NCBI GenBank assembly: GCA_038230955.1
Contig: JBBRMG010000001.1
Span: forward strand, 18,312-82,311
Direction: 5' to 3'
Source of the DNA: Candidatus Doudnabacteria bacterium
GTDB taxonomy: Bacteria; Patescibacteriota; Doudnabacteria; UBA920
Length of the DNA stretch: 64,000 nt
In this document: in pieces, positions 38,430-49,250 of the stretch
How positions within the stretch are numbered: position 1 is the stretch's first letter
Layout of the letters: each line of letters starts with the position of its first letter
The notes under the pieces: generated by a model
What the model was told of the DNA's origin: nothing
Databases searched by the model: none
The model's input: only the letters and a program-made list of their open reading frames with translations
Translations under genes and position numbers: made by a program

Positions 38430-39677
38430 TTATTCAATGCCCGGAACAGGGAAACGCAACGCTAAAGAAATAACTTCATCCTTAATTTTAGCCAACGCTT
38501 GTATATTTTCCCGCTCGGTAATAGTGCGCACAAACAAATCAGCCAAAGTCCCCATGTCAGTTTCTGTCATGCCGCGAGTTGTAACTGCGGGTGTGCCTAA
38601 ACGAATACCCGACGGATCCATTGGTTTCCGAGGGTCATAGGGAATCATGTTTTTGTTGACCGATATCCCGACGCTTTCCAAAGCATGCTCGGCTTCTTTC
38701 CCCGTCGCACCCATGCTGCCAAATACATCGACTAACATTAAGTGGTTATCGGTACCTCCAGACACAATACGCAGACCTTTATCTTGCAATGCCGTTGCCA
38801 AAGCTCGAGCATTAGCAATAACTTGGGCGCTATAGGTTTGGAATTCCGGCCGCAGGGCTTCCAGGAAAGATACCGCCTTAGCTGCGTTAATATGATCGTG
38901 TGGTCCGCCTTGAAGACCCGGAAACACCGCCTTGTCTATGGCTGCGGCGAACTCTTGTTTACACATGATAATCGCTCCGCGTGGACCACGTAAAGTTTTA
39001 TGAGTGGTGGTGGTAACAACATCACAGTATGGAATTGGATTTTCTAACTGCTTGCCCGCAATCAAGCCGGCAATATGAGCAATATCTGCAAACAAATATG
39101 CACCGCACTTATCGGCGATTTCTCGAAACCGTTTCCAATCTAAATTACGGCTGTAAGCGCTGAACCCAGCAATAATCATTTTTGGTTTTTCACGCATAGC
39201 AATCTCTTCCACTTCATCCATGTCAATAATTTCTGTGTCCTTCTTAGTAAAGTACGGAATAATAGTGTAGAGCTTACCGGAAAAATTTAAAGGGTGCCCA
39301 TGGGATAAATGCCCGCCTTGATCTAAAGAAAAACCTAGCACTTTGTCCCCTGGCTGTAGCAAGCCCATGTATACGGCCATGTTAGCTGGGCTACCAGACA
39401 GCGGCTGGACATTAACGTGCTCGGCTCCAAATAATTGTTTCGCTCGATTGATAGCCAGTGTTTCCATATCATCCACCACCTCGTTGCCGCCATAATACCG
39501 TTTGCCGCTATAACCTTCTGAATATTTATTAGTAAAAACGCTACCCATGGCCTCCATAACCGCGGGGGTAACGTAATTCTCGGAAGCGATTAACTCAATC
39601 CCCTCTTTCTGGCGTTTTTCTTCCCGCTTTAACAGGTCGTAAACTTCTTGATCTTCGGGTAAATATTGGTAGTTCAT
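38430..39677 (-). CDS. glyA: serine hydroxymethyltransferase
   Basis: LIASEN, GGHLSHG, TTTTHKTLRGPRG. Confidence 0.98.
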   Translation of the reverse strand: MNYQYLPEDQEVYDLLKREEKRQKEGIELIASENYVTPAVMEAMGSVFTNKYSEGYSGKRYYGGNEVVDDMETLAINRAKQLFGAEHVNVQPLSGSPANMAVYMGLLQPGDKVLGFSLDQGGHLSHGHPLNFSGKLYTIIPYFTKKDTEIIDMDEVEEIAMREKPKMIIAGFSAYSRNLDWKRFREIADKCGAYLFADIAHIAGLIAGKQLENPIPYCDVVTTTTHKTLRGPRGAIIMCKQEFAAAIDKAVFPGLQGGPHDHINAAKAVSFLEALRPEFQTYSAQVIANARALATALQDKGLRIVSGGTDNHLMLVDVFGSMGATGKEAEHALESVGISVNKNMIPYDPRKPMDPSGIRLGTPAVTTRGMTETDMGTLADLFVRTITERENIQALAKIKDEVISLALRFPVPGIE

Positions 39678-39814
39678 GGATTAATTCTATCGCATTATGC
39701 GACTTCGGACAAATAAAAAAGAGACAGGCTAGGTATGTGCGTACCTTAATCCTGTCTATTCTCCTGAGGGAAACGTTACGTCTATAGATGTTCACCGCCA
39801 CAAATGAGCGGCCT

Positions 39815-40013
39815 CTACTGTAGTTTTGAATTAAGCTCTTCCAGCAGGTCAATGAGAAACCTCTCTAAAGCTTCTAGTCTGGCGGGAGATACCTTTTTCC
39901 CCCCTTCTGATATCATCCAAAGTTCGTTTAGTCTTCTTTACCTTTGCTTCATCCTTCACGGCAGCGATCCCTCTTAGGATGGAGTCATTACGACCTGATC
40001 GTTTATTATGCAT
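39815..40013 (-). pseudogene. small basic/helical protein, possibly frameshifted at a G6A5 tract
   Basis: GGAGG SD before ATG 40013; removing one base at 39894-39904 gives ...RRGKKVSPARLEALERFLIDLLEELNSKLQ stop. Confidence 0.35.
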
Positions 40014-40121
40014 CTTTGCAATTCCTCCCAATTTGTTTTTATACTGTCCGACTTCACTATGAAATGACTGTACAATAAAAAAGGTGTATTGTCAAGAGGA
40101 CGGGAATAAACGCTGCCTTAT

Positions 40122-40712
40122 TTATAAAGAGTATTGCTTTAGAGTATCCTTAAACCTCTCAAAAGTGGTATATATTTCGGCATTCATGCCAAATTGTTCG
40201 GCACTGTAGACATTCTCTTCTGAGTCATCAAAGAACAAGGCCTCGGTTTTTTCAATGCCCAGATCTTCAATTACTTTGGTATAAAATTCTGCGTTTGGTT
40301 TTTTATAGCCGATATGGGCAGATGCATATAATTTATCAAAACTTTTAGCAAAGTTCATTTTTTCTAACATATATTCAGCTCGATGCTTTTCCTGATTCGT
40401 TGCCACTACGCAAATAATCCCTTTAGCTCTTAACTCCTGAACAAACTGAATAAGTTTTTCGTCTATAATATGCTCTGACTTAAACCAATAATCTAAAAAC
40501 GCGTCCACTCCCTTATCCCAACCCCATTCGATTAGGTACGGTTGAATGACTTCTTTCAAATCTGCGTTACCGAGGCGACATTCCTTAAATGGCCCATCAA
40601 AAAAGCGATTTGTTTGCTCTTTCGAAATGCCATGCTCTACTGCTAATCTATCACTAAACATCACGGAATGAATGAGCACACCAACTGCATCAAATAGAAT
40701 TGCCTTTATCAT
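40122..40712 (-). CDS. HAD-superfamily hydrolase
   Basis: LFDAVGVL, ATNQ, KKP, FFDDSEEN. Confidence 0.9.
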   Translation of the reverse strand: MIKAILFDAVGVLIHSVMFSDRLAVEHGISKEQTNRFFDGPFKECRLGNADLKEVIQPYLIEWGWDKGVDAFLDYWFKSEHIIDEKLIQFVQELRAKGIICVVATNQEKHRAEYMLEKMNFAKSFDKLYASAHIGYKKPNAEFYTKVIEDLGIEKTEALFFDDSEENVYSAEQFGMNAEIYTTFERFKDTLKQYSL

Positions 40713-40722
40713 AGACGCAAAT

Positions 40723-41868
40723 TTAAATTAACATATACAACAACGAGAACACTCCCGCTGTAATAAATAAGGCGGCAAAACTACCGGTCATAGTGAATAC
40801 GATAATCCCAATTACACACGCCATAAATTTACCAAACGCTAACGCCTGCTCAAACCCCACTACATATGACAAAATGTCTGTGCTTTCCGCCCGTTCATAG
40901 GTTACGGTCGCTAGTGGAATAAATATTAAATCTTTGCTGGTGCGCGAAAGTGCATCGACAATAAAGGCGCCATAAGAGGTGCTCACGACTAATCGAGCCA
41001 ACCAAACCAAGGCATAAATAAATGAGCCTGACCGCAACAACGCTATTTTGTTATTCCTGTCGGTAATCTTGCCAATATATAACGCTAAAGCAGTGGAGAC
41101 TAAGGTCGCTACCGTTACCACAACACCAGTACCCGCGTAGTTACTCACTACTAAATAAATAAATATCGGCCAAATAGTTAGTACTAATAGTTCTTCGCCA
41201 AATCCAAAGTAGCCTAAAAATTTCATCGGGTATTGTTTATACAACTCCCATGTATCATGAAAATGATAATCCTTAGTTGTAAAAGAACTGTGACTCCACA
41301 ACAAAGGAATAAAGGAACAGAAGTAAATGGCGGCGGCGACTGTAAACGCTACATTAAAACCATACCGCTGAACTAATAAACCACCGGCCAATGGCCCAGC
41401 GATATGCACTAAATTGATTATCGCATAAAGGGCCGAAAACTCTCGTCCGGTTTGACCAGGCCTGGCAAAGCGGGCGACGATTGAATGAAATGACGGCCAA
41501 TACAAAGATTTCTCTATAGCATAGGCCAATGGCGCAAAATAAATAAACCAGCGCACATCAGCCGAACCAAACAACAAAAACCAATACGCAATCATAAACG
41601 GAATACTAAAAAATATTCCCCGATCATATCCATACCGACTGACAATTTTGGCCCCAAACGGTAAAATTAAAATATAAAGCCCATAGACACTGGCAAAAAA
41701 CAACAATACTTCTGGGACGCTATAACGAATAACGGTGTACAAAAAAATTGGTTCGTACAGCAAAATAATGGCAATGCCGAGGTCGGCTATGCCAGTGGAA
41801 AGAAATAGCTCTCCCATCTGTTTTTGAATAGCATTGCTGAAATAGTGAGGTAAATGAGATTTTGACAT
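40723..41868 (-). CDS. MFS transporter
   Basis: About 12 TM segments, GKITDRNNK loop. Confidence 0.8.
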   Translation of the reverse strand: MSKSHLPHYFSNAIQKQMGELFLSTGIADLGIAIILLYEPIFLYTVIRYSVPEVLLFFASVYGLYILILPFGAKIVSRYGYDRGIFFSIPFMIAYWFLLFGSADVRWFIYFAPLAYAIEKSLYWPSFHSIVARFARPGQTGREFSALYAIINLVHIAGPLAGGLLVQRYGFNVAFTVAAAIYFCSFIPLLWSHSSFTTKDYHFHDTWELYKQYPMKFLGYFGFGEELLVLTIWPIFIYLVVSNYAGTGVVVTVATLVSTALALYIGKITDRNNKIALLRSGSFIYALVWLARLVVSTSYGAFIVDALSRTSKDLIFIPLATVTYERAESTDILSYVVGFEQALAFGKFMACVIGIIVFTMTGSFAALFITAGVFSLLYMLI

Positions 41869-41890
41869 TATGCAGTTATTATACCATCTA

Positions 41891-44287
41891 TCAAATTACT
41901 ATATTGACTAATCTTCCCGGAACAACAATAACACGCTTGGGTTCGACTCCTTGCAAGGCCGCCTGCACTTTATCTAGACTGAGTGCTATAGTTTTAATAT
42001 CATCTTCTGTCGCATCGAGCGGTGCTTGTAGTTTGTCTTTAGTCTTGCCATTAATCTGCACAACAATATCGGCCTGACTTTCTGATGCTAACTCAGCATT
42101 ATACTGCGGCCAATCCGAATGTTGCACTGATTGAACGCCACCTAATATTTCATTCAGTTCTTCAGTAATATGGGGAGCGAAAGGGTAAAGTAAGATTATA
42201 AAAGTTTGCAGGGTCTGCTTGCTAACAGATTCCCCTTTAACATTGTTATAAAATTTCATAAACGCTGATATGGCTGTGTTGAAATTAAACGACTGGATGT
42301 CATTGGTAATCTTTTTTGTGAGCTTATGCAATTCTCGGCTAACAAGTTCAGAGTCAACCGCAGTGCTCTGTTTATTATCATTTACCCAGACCCAAACTCG
42401 CTCCAAAAACCGCTTCAGGCCAATTAAACCATTGGTGTTCCACGGTTTGGAATCCTCTAACGGACCCATAAACATTTCGTACATGCGCAAAGAGTCTGCC
42501 CCGAACTCTTTTATAATATCATCAGGATTAATGACATTCCCTCTACTCTTGCTCATTTTTTCGCCATCGGGCCCTAAAATTAATCCTTGGTTGCGCAATT
42601 TTACAAAAGGCTCTTCAAAATCAATCAGCTTCAAGTCAAACAATACTTTGGTAAAAAAACGAGAATACAGCAAATGCAGCACTGCATGCTCCGCACCACC
42701 GACATATGTATCTACCGGTAACCAAGTGTTAATTTTATCTTTACCTGCAAACTCCTTGTCATTGTTTGAGTCAGTATAGCGGAAATAATACCAAGATGAA
42801 TCTACAAACGTATCCATAGTGTCGGAGTCGCGGCGAGCTGGGCCAGCGCACTTTGGACAATTGACTTCATGAAATGTTTTGGAGCGAGTTAACGGCGACT
42901 CCCCCGTTGGCACAAAATCTACATCAGTCGGCAAATTCACTGGGAGATCAGGTTCTGCCACAGGTTGCATACCGCAAGCGTCGCAATAAATTATTGGGAT
43001 AGGCGCACCCCAATACCGCTGACGGGAGATCAACCAATCACGCAACTTATAAGTAACATGCCGTTTAGCAAACCCTTCCTGCTCCATCCAATCGAGCATT
43101 TCTTCGATTAAAGCTTTGTCTATATTACGCCCAGTGAACGAGCCGGAGTCTTTTAGTACGCCGCTATTATCGTGGGCATTAACCGGCTCTGATTCATTGG
43201 TTCGATCAACCACTTCATGCAATTCAATGCCGTACTTCTGGGCAAACTCAAAGTCACGAGGATCATGAGCACTACAGCGGATAATACCCGTACCAAAATC
43301 CATCAATGCAAAGTTGGCAACCCAGATTGGCATTTCTAACCCAGAAAAAGGATCAATCGCGTAGCGTCCAGTGAATACGCCTTTCTTCTCAAACTTATCT
43401 TGGTTTCGTTCGTCAGCCGTAATTAATTTGGTCTCTTCAATAAACGCTTGAACTGCTGGTTCATTACCAGTGCCCTCTACTAATTGTGTGACTAAAGGAT
43501 GTTCAGGTGCAATGACAATAAAAGTATCAGCGAATAACCAAGCCGGGAAGGCACTAAATGTTTCCAGTTTGAGACCTAAATCTTTTACCCTGTGTTCAAT
43601 GATCACACCCTCTTTGCGGCCAATCCAATTTCGTTGCATAGCTTTAATTGGGTTTGGCCAATCTAAAGCGTCTAAGTCATTCAGCAACCTTTCTGTGTAA
43701 TCAGTAATTTTTAAAAACCATTGCGATAATAATTTTTGTTCGACTTGGGTGCCGCATCGTTCACAATGCCCATTTACTACTTGTTCGTTGGCTAAAACAG
43801 TATTGTCTTTGGGGCACCAGTTTACTTTAGCTTCTTTTTTGTAAGCCAGCCCGTTTTTGTACATCAGTAAAAACAACCAGTGCGTCCATTTATAATAGTT
43901 GGGGTCAGATGTGTTGACCTCGCGACTCCAATCATACGACAAACCAATGGCTTTAATTTGCTCGCGGAATCGCGTAATATTCTTGGCCGTAGTCTCGTCT
44001 GGTGGCACGCCCATTTTAATCGCATAATTTTCAGCCGGCAAACCAAATGCATCCCAACCCATGGGGTGCAAAACGCTATAGCCATTCATTCGCAGAAAGC
44101 GAGTTAAAATATCGGTAGCTGTATAACCTTCTGGGTGGCCAACATGCAGACCAGCTCCGGATGGATACGGGAACATATCTAAAATGTATTGCTTCTTGGT
44201 CGGTTTCTCAGACGTCTTGAAAGTACCGTGCTCTTCCCAGTAAGCTTGCCACTTCTTTTCAATTTTTGCCGGATTATACTTTTGCAT
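41891..44287 (-). CDS. leuS: leucine--tRNA ligase
   Basis: MFPYPSGAGLHVGH, DWLISRQRYWG, KMSKS. Confidence 0.98.
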   Translation of the reverse strand: MQKYNPAKIEKKWQAYWEEHGTFKTSEKPTKKQYILDMFPYPSGAGLHVGHPEGYTATDILTRFLRMNGYSVLHPMGWDAFGLPAENYAIKMGVPPDETTAKNITRFREQIKAIGLSYDWSREVNTSDPNYYKWTHWLFLLMYKNGLAYKKEAKVNWCPKDNTVLANEQVVNGHCERCGTQVEQKLLSQWFLKITDYTERLLNDLDALDWPNPIKAMQRNWIGRKEGVIIEHRVKDLGLKLETFSAFPAWLFADTFIVIAPEHPLVTQLVEGTGNEPAVQAFIEETKLITADERNQDKFEKKGVFTGRYAIDPFSGLEMPIWVANFALMDFGTGIIRCSAHDPRDFEFAQKYGIELHEVVDRTNESEPVNAHDNSGVLKDSGSFTGRNIDKALIEEMLDWMEQEGFAKRHVTYKLRDWLISRQRYWGAPIPIIYCDACGMQPVAEPDLPVNLPTDVDFVPTGESPLTRSKTFHEVNCPKCAGPARRDSDTMDTFVDSSWYYFRYTDSNNDKEFAGKDKINTWLPVDTYVGGAEHAVLHLLYSRFFTKVLFDLKLIDFEEPFVKLRNQGLILGPDGEKMSKSRGNVINPDDIIKEFGADSLRMYEMFMGPLEDSKPWNTNGLIGLKRFLERVWVWVNDNKQSTAVDSELVSRELHKLTKKITNDIQSFNFNTAISAFMKFYNNVKGESVSKQTLQTFIILLYPFAPHITEELNEILGGVQSVQHSDWPQYNAELASESQADIVVQINGKTKDKLQAPLDATEDDIKTIALSLDKVQAALQGVEPKRVIVVPGRLVNIVI

Positions 44288-44288
44288 A

Positions 44289-44846
44289 TTAATTCCCAAA
44301 TAATTCCTGCTCTTTACTACGAATCAAAATGACCAAGTCATCGAAATAACTTTCAACTTCTGGCGATGTTTTCACCTTCGAAGTTTTTTGATCAATCAAC
44401 ATTTGCAAGGTAACCCCTTCCTTCTGCCACGTTCTGCCATTATCCAAAGCGTATACAAATTTACTCTCTCCGTCCAATCGCTGTTCATAATTGTGAATGA
44501 GCCTATGGAGCTCTGGGAATTCTTCAAATTCTCTTTGCAATTGCGTTGCTGTTTTGGCTTCCCTATCCCCTTTACTGTTCAAAAACGATTTGTCCTTCTC
44601 ATAAATATAAGTATCGCCAGCGTATACTTCCACTAAATCGTGGAGCAATGCATATTTTGCGGCCAAAGTACTATCTAACTCCAGTTTCTGTGAGTCGATA
44701 AGATACCACGACAACAATGCGAGCTGATAACTATGCTCAACATCATTTTCATACCGGTCTTCATTCCTCACTAAAACCCGCCGGGCCACCGCCTGAAAAT
44801 CATTAGTCAGCTTAACAAACTTTAAAATAGAACCCAGAGTATCCAT
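44289..44846 (-). CDS. HD-domain hydrolase (YfbR/HDDC2-like)
   Basis: ENDVEHSYQL, LLHDLVEVYAGD, FVYALD. Confidence 0.85.
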   Translation of the reverse strand: MDTLGSILKFVKLTNDFQAVARRVLVRNEDRYENDVEHSYQLALLSWYLIDSQKLELDSTLAAKYALLHDLVEVYAGDTYIYEKDKSFLNSKGDREAKTATQLQREFEEFPELHRLIHNYEQRLDGESKFVYALDNGRTWQKEGVTLQMLIDQKTSKVKTSPEVESYFDDLVILIRSKEQELFGN

Positions 44847-44847
44847 A

Positions 44848-45438
44848 TTAACTTTTTTTAAAAATGTTAATGCCGAATTTTTTCAATCCCTGCGCCAACT
44901 CAGCTATAGGTAACCCAATGGCGCCAGAGTAATTGCCTTCTACTTTGGAAATCAGTATCCCGCCCAGTTCATGAATTGCATAGGCACCGGCTTTATCCAT
45001 AGGCTCACCCGTAGCAATGTAGCCATTAATGTCGGCAAGTGAAAGCTTTTTGAAATAAACCAGCGTTTCTGAGAGTGCCAAAAATTGCTTACGGCCGCCG
45101 CTTTGAATTATCGCCAGTCCAGTCAAAATGGAATGCTTGGTTCCACTGAGTTTGCGTAACATGGTCGCGCCCTGTTGTTTACTTTTCGGTTTGCCCATAA
45201 CTTCCTTACCTAACACAACGATTGTATCAGCAGAAATAATTATCGCGCCTGGATGTTGCTTAGCAATTGACTGTGCTTTACCCATGGCTAAAGTCATCAC
45301 CAATTTTTTTGGTGACATTTTCATAGTCATATCCTCTTCGTAGTCAGGTGATAAAGCTTTAAACTTTAAGCCTGTTTTAGCCATTAGCTCTCTCCGCCGT
45401 GGCGAAGTTGATGCTAAAATTATTTTTTTGAGTTTCAT
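44848..45438 (-). CDS. maf: Maf nucleoside triphosphate pyrophosphatase
   Basis: ILASTSPRRREL, ADTIV, GKP, DKAGAY. Confidence 0.93.
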   Translation of the reverse strand: MKLKKIILASTSPRRRELMAKTGLKFKALSPDYEEDMTMKMSPKKLVMTLAMGKAQSIAKQHPGAIIISADTIVVLGKEVMGKPKSKQQGATMLRKLSGTKHSILTGLAIIQSGGRKQFLALSETLVYFKKLSLADINGYIATGEPMDKAGAYAIHELGGILISKVEGNYSGAIGLPIAELAQGLKKFGINIFKKS

Positions 45439-46286
45439 ATATTAAATAATTTCTTTGCGTTAGCTGTGGTGACAGTCTCTACCTCTTCTAATGGTACTTG
45501 TTTCCGTTCAGCAATCTTCTCGGCCACCAGCCCAACATACGCCGGTTCATTGCGCTTACCACGATGTGGGGTTGGGGTTAAATATGGCGCGTCAGTTTCT
45601 AAGACAATGCTACTCAGGGGAACACCTTTTACTACTTCCTCACTACGCCCAGTTTTATCAAAAGTAATAATCCCATTCATACCTATAAACGCGCCAATAT
45701 CCACAAACTTTAAAGCCGTCACTAAATCGCCAGTATAACAATGAATTTCAAATCGCAAATTCGGTGTTAGCTGTTTGGCCTCTTTTAAAATTCCCAAAAT
45801 ATCTTCATAGGCATCCATAGTGCCCACGCTGGGCCGGCAATGAATACATAACGCTTTATCCAATTCTTGGGCCAACTTTAATTGCTTCAAAAATGCGGTG
45901 CGTTGAAGTTGTTTGATTTCATTATGATCTCGAGTTTCAGGCAAGCGATAATAATCTAACCCGCACTCCCCAATTCCCACCACTCTAGGTCTGTCCGCTA
46001 ATTCTTTGTAAATCTCGTAATCAAATCCCTCCTCGCGAGTTTTAAATTTTACTTCCTCGTCGTCGTAATAATCGTGCATAAATGTATGCACCGGGTGCAA
46101 ACCGACCACAGCGAAAACGTGTTCTGGAAATTGATCAAGCAAAGCGACCGCCTGGCGACTGGTGTCTATTTGCGTGCCGACATTAACCACAGCTACACCG
46201 GCTTGATGCGCTCGCTTAATAGTGTCTGCGCCATCCTCGCTAAACGCCCGCAAATTAATATGGCAATGGGTGTCTATTAATTTCAT
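45435..46286 (-). CDS. tatD: TatD-family deoxyribonuclease
   Basis: DTHCH, GLHP, GECGLDY, ETDAPY. Confidence 0.93.
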   Translation of the reverse strand: MKLIDTHCHINLRAFSEDGADTIKRAHQAGVAVVNVGTQIDTSRQAVALLDQFPEHVFAVVGLHPVHTFMHDYYDDEEVKFKTREEGFDYEIYKELADRPRVVGIGECGLDYYRLPETRDHNEIKQLQRTAFLKQLKLAQELDKALCIHCRPSVGTMDAYEDILGILKEAKQLTPNLRFEIHCYTGDLVTALKFVDIGAFIGMNGIITFDKTGRSEEVVKGVPLSSIVLETDAPYLTPTPHRGKRNEPAYVGLVAEKIAERKQVPLEEVETVTTANAKKLFNI

Positions 46287-46288
46287 AA

Positions 46289-47758
46289 TCATTCAATCCG
46301 CGGGAATAAATGCGGAATATTTCCAGATGATAAATTTTCCAAAGCTTTCAATATTTCATCGCTTGTATGGGTCATAAAAGGATTAAGCAGTAGCCCAATA
46401 TGATGCAGTTCACCCAACAAATGCTGAATTTGTTTTTCAGCTGCTTCGTGATCCACTTTAATTAATTTAAATGGTTCGTGTTTCTGAATATAAGAATCGC
46501 AATCAGAAATAATTTCCCAAATTACATCACTGGCTTGATGTAATTTATATCCTGCCATTAAAGTCTTATACGATTCATCTCCGTTGTCATCATTCCATTT
46601 TAATGGTACAACATTATTACTAGTCGCCATCTTCAAAATCCGGCTAGTTAGATTCCCAATACCGTTGGCTAAATTAGCATTGTAACTGTCCTTAAACCGC
46701 TCCCAAGTAAAATCACTGTCTTCGAAAGTAGAAATTTCACGCGCCAAATAGTAGCGTAACGAATCAGTGGCCTGTTCTGGCGTCAGACCGAGCTCTTGCA
46801 ACCTCGCTAGCAATTCATACGGATCCACCACATTGCCCAAAGATTTGCTCATCTTTTGACCACCACTATTTATGAATCCATGGATCATGATTTGCTTGGA
46901 ATTGGGCAGACCGGCGGACATAAGCATTGCTTGCCACATCGCACTTTGTTGACGCAAATTATCTTTCCCAGCAACTTGAATTGCGTTGCGTTTGTCGTCA
47001 GTACCCCAAAAATCAACAAAAGTTTTTTCGTCCTCCGGCCACCCTAGCGTTGACACGTAATTAACCAGAGCATCAAACCAAACATACATAACTTGGTTAT
47101 CGTCATTAGGTACAGGAACCCCCCAAGGCATTTTCGTTTTCAGTCGCGAAACACTAAAATCTTGCAGCCCATCTTTCACGAATTGTTTAATTTCATTAAA
47201 ACGGAAGTCAGGCACTACGAAATCTGGATTTGCTGCGTAAAAGTCTAACAACGGTTGTTGGTACTTAGACCAACGGAAAAAATAATTCTCTTCATCTATC
47301 AATTCTATTACTAAATTGGGGTGCAAAATGCAATGACCGTTTTCTAACTCCGAATCTGTTTTCTCTAACTCACAACCGACACAATATTTCACCTGATATG
47401 TTTTTTTGTAAATATCGCCGGCAGCTAAACATTTTTCCCAAAACGCTTGAGCTGCTAACTTATGATGCGCGTCTGTTGTGCGAACAAACCTGTTGTAACT
47501 CAAATTGAGCGCTAACTTGAGCTGGTCAAATTTGGCGGCGTACTCATCCACATAAGCCTGCGTAGTCTTTCCAGCCGTTTCAGCAGAGCGATGAATTTTC
47601 AAACCATGCTCATCCGTTCCGGTGTTAAATATTACTTCTTTCCCTAACAGCCCCTCATAGCGACAAATAATATCGGCTTGGACCATTTCCAAAGCAAACC
47701 CAATATGTGGGCTTGCGTTTACGTAAGGCAAGGTTGTAGTTAAATAAAATTTTTCCAT
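46289..47758 (-). CDS. metG: methionine--tRNA ligase (short form)
   Basis: YVNASPHIG, GTDEHG, YVWFDALVNY, KMSKS. Confidence 0.97.
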   Translation of the reverse strand: MEKFYLTTTLPYVNASPHIGFALEMVQADIICRYEGLLGKEVIFNTGTDEHGLKIHRSAETAGKTTQAYVDEYAAKFDQLKLALNLSYNRFVRTTDAHHKLAAQAFWEKCLAAGDIYKKTYQVKYCVGCELEKTDSELENGHCILHPNLVIELIDEENYFFRWSKYQQPLLDFYAANPDFVVPDFRFNEIKQFVKDGLQDFSVSRLKTKMPWGVPVPNDDNQVMYVWFDALVNYVSTLGWPEDEKTFVDFWGTDDKRNAIQVAGKDNLRQQSAMWQAMLMSAGLPNSKQIMIHGFINSGGQKMSKSLGNVVDPYELLARLQELGLTPEQATDSLRYYLAREISTFEDSDFTWERFKDSYNANLANGIGNLTSRILKMATSNNVVPLKWNDDNGDESYKTLMAGYKLHQASDVIWEIISDCDSYIQKHEPFKLIKVDHEAAEKQIQHLLGELHHIGLLLNPFMTHTSDEILKALENLSSGNIPHLFPRIE

Positions 47759-47760
47759 AG

Positions 47761-48801
47761 CTACATAATGGACTCAGTCTGAGTATCTAATGATTTTTGC
47801 ATGGCCTGATTAGCTGTTAATTCAGTAACGACAAGAGTGATGGCACCAACCAATGGCACGGCCAAGAGCAACCCAAATATCCCTGCTAGCTTAAACCCAA
47901 CCAGCAAAGCCAATAACACCAATAAAGGGGAGGTGCCGACAGTCTTCTGCATAATCTTTGGAACCAAGAAATATCCTTCTGTCTTTTGCACTAACACATA
48001 AAGCACAGCAACGGCCACGGCTAATGCGGGACTCTGAATTAAGGCAAAGAAAATTGCCGGAATAGCAGAAACAAAAGGCCCAATATACGGTACCACCTCT
48101 AGCAGTCCGGCTAGCAACGCCAAAAATAAAGCGTACTTAACGCCTAACAATGTTAATCCAATGTATGACATAGCAAAAATGGTCAGGCTAAGAATGAGCT
48201 GCCCTATGACCCATAATCCCATTCGTCGCTGAATTTTGCGCACCAAGCTCATAGTGAACGCTTGTTGCTTTGGCGGCACTACGGAATTAATGAAGTCTAT
48301 CATTGCTTGCTGCTGAGCTACTAAATAGAAGGACACTACTAACACCGTAATCAGAGCAAACAACCCATTGAAAATACCAATCGTTCTGGTAATCAACGCG
48401 TGGCCACCAGTGGCTTCATTAAATACGCTATTAAAAGTATCACCCAAATTCGCATTTCCTAATACTAGATGCAAATTCGGGAATCGATCAAATAACTGCT
48501 GTGTGTAAAATGGCAGGTTTTGAGCCAGTACAGTAAATTGGCTGGCCACAATTGGCACAATCAGGGATATGACCAATCCAGCTAATCCTAATAAAATTAT
48601 ATAGACAGCTAAAACAGTCACTACTCTGGGGACTTTGCGAATATTTAAATACCCTACCAATGGCTCCATGGCCGACGCCAGGATAATTGCCAATAGCAAA
48701 ATCATGATAATGTCGCGGATCAACCACAAAAACACTAACGCCAAAACGATTAGCACTACCTTAAATATGGTTTTTGTAGATGGTTCAATATACCAGGGCA
48801 T
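47761..48801 (-). CDS. AI-2E family transporter
   Basis: Multi-TM; VPYIGP, EGYFLVPKIM, GLLLAVP. Confidence 0.88.
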   Translation of the reverse strand: MPWYIEPSTKTIFKVVLIVLALVFLWLIRDIIMILLLAIILASAMEPLVGYLNIRKVPRVVTVLAVYIILLGLAGLVISLIVPIVASQFTVLAQNLPFYTQQLFDRFPNLHLVLGNANLGDTFNSVFNEATGGHALITRTIGIFNGLFALITVLVVSFYLVAQQQAMIDFINSVVPPKQQAFTMSLVRKIQRRMGLWVIGQLILSLTIFAMSYIGLTLLGVKYALFLALLAGLLEVVPYIGPFVSAIPAIFFALIQSPALAVAVAVLYVLVQKTEGYFLVPKIMQKTVGTSPLLVLLALLVGFKLAGIFGLLLAVPLVGAITLVVTELTANQAMQKSLDTQTESIM

Positions 48802-48869
48802 ATGCGTTTATTATAGCGGAAAACAAAAAATCCGGCGACTTAGCCGGATTTTTAATCGATCGTAATAAT

Positions 48870-49073
48870 TTACGAATTCTCTAATGTTTGCTGCGCTCGC
48901 GCAATCTGATCATCAGCAATTTTTATACCTTCAAGACAGTAAGCCCTGATTTGTTCTCGCAGGAAATCGGTAAGACCTTCTGCTTGCAAATCGCGAATCA
49001 GGATGTCTTTAATGGTCTGGTCGAGTTCAGATTTTTGAATTAAATGGATAATATCTTGAATTTGATCTGTCAT
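48870..49073 (-). CDS. small helical hypothetical protein
   Basis: 67-aa ORF in line with the operon; terminator at 48825-48853. Confidence 0.6.
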   Translation of the reverse strand: MTDQIQDIIHLIQKSELDQTIKDILIRDLQAEGLTDFLREQIRAYCLEGIKIADDQIARAQQTLENS

Positions 49074-49081
49074 AAACTATA

Positions 49082-49231
49082 TTAATTTGCTGCGGAAAGT
49101 TTTTGTTCCAATTCCTGAAACGTCGCTTTACCCTCTTCAGGGTCAATAAAATGGTCGCCGCCTACAAGCTTCATCTCTGGAAAACGGTTCATTTCTTGCT
49201 CCTGCGGGTTAAACCCAGTTTCTACTCCCAT
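49082..49231 (-). CDS. 49-aa hypothetical protein (not in the ORF track)
   Basis: MGVETGFNPQEQEMNRFPEMKLVGGDHFIDPEEGKATFQELEQKLSAAN fills the gap between nfo and the next gene. Confidence 0.45.
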   Translation of the reverse strand: MGVETGFNPQEQEMNRFPEMKLVGGDHFIDPEEGKATFQELEQKLSAAN

Positions 49232-49250
49232 TGGCGTATGTAAATTAATT

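Noticed and set aside
39680-39814. ZTP/THF riboswitch upstream of glyA
   Set aside because: Only a terminator-like hairpin with a U tract is evident; I could not see aptamer consensus motifs.
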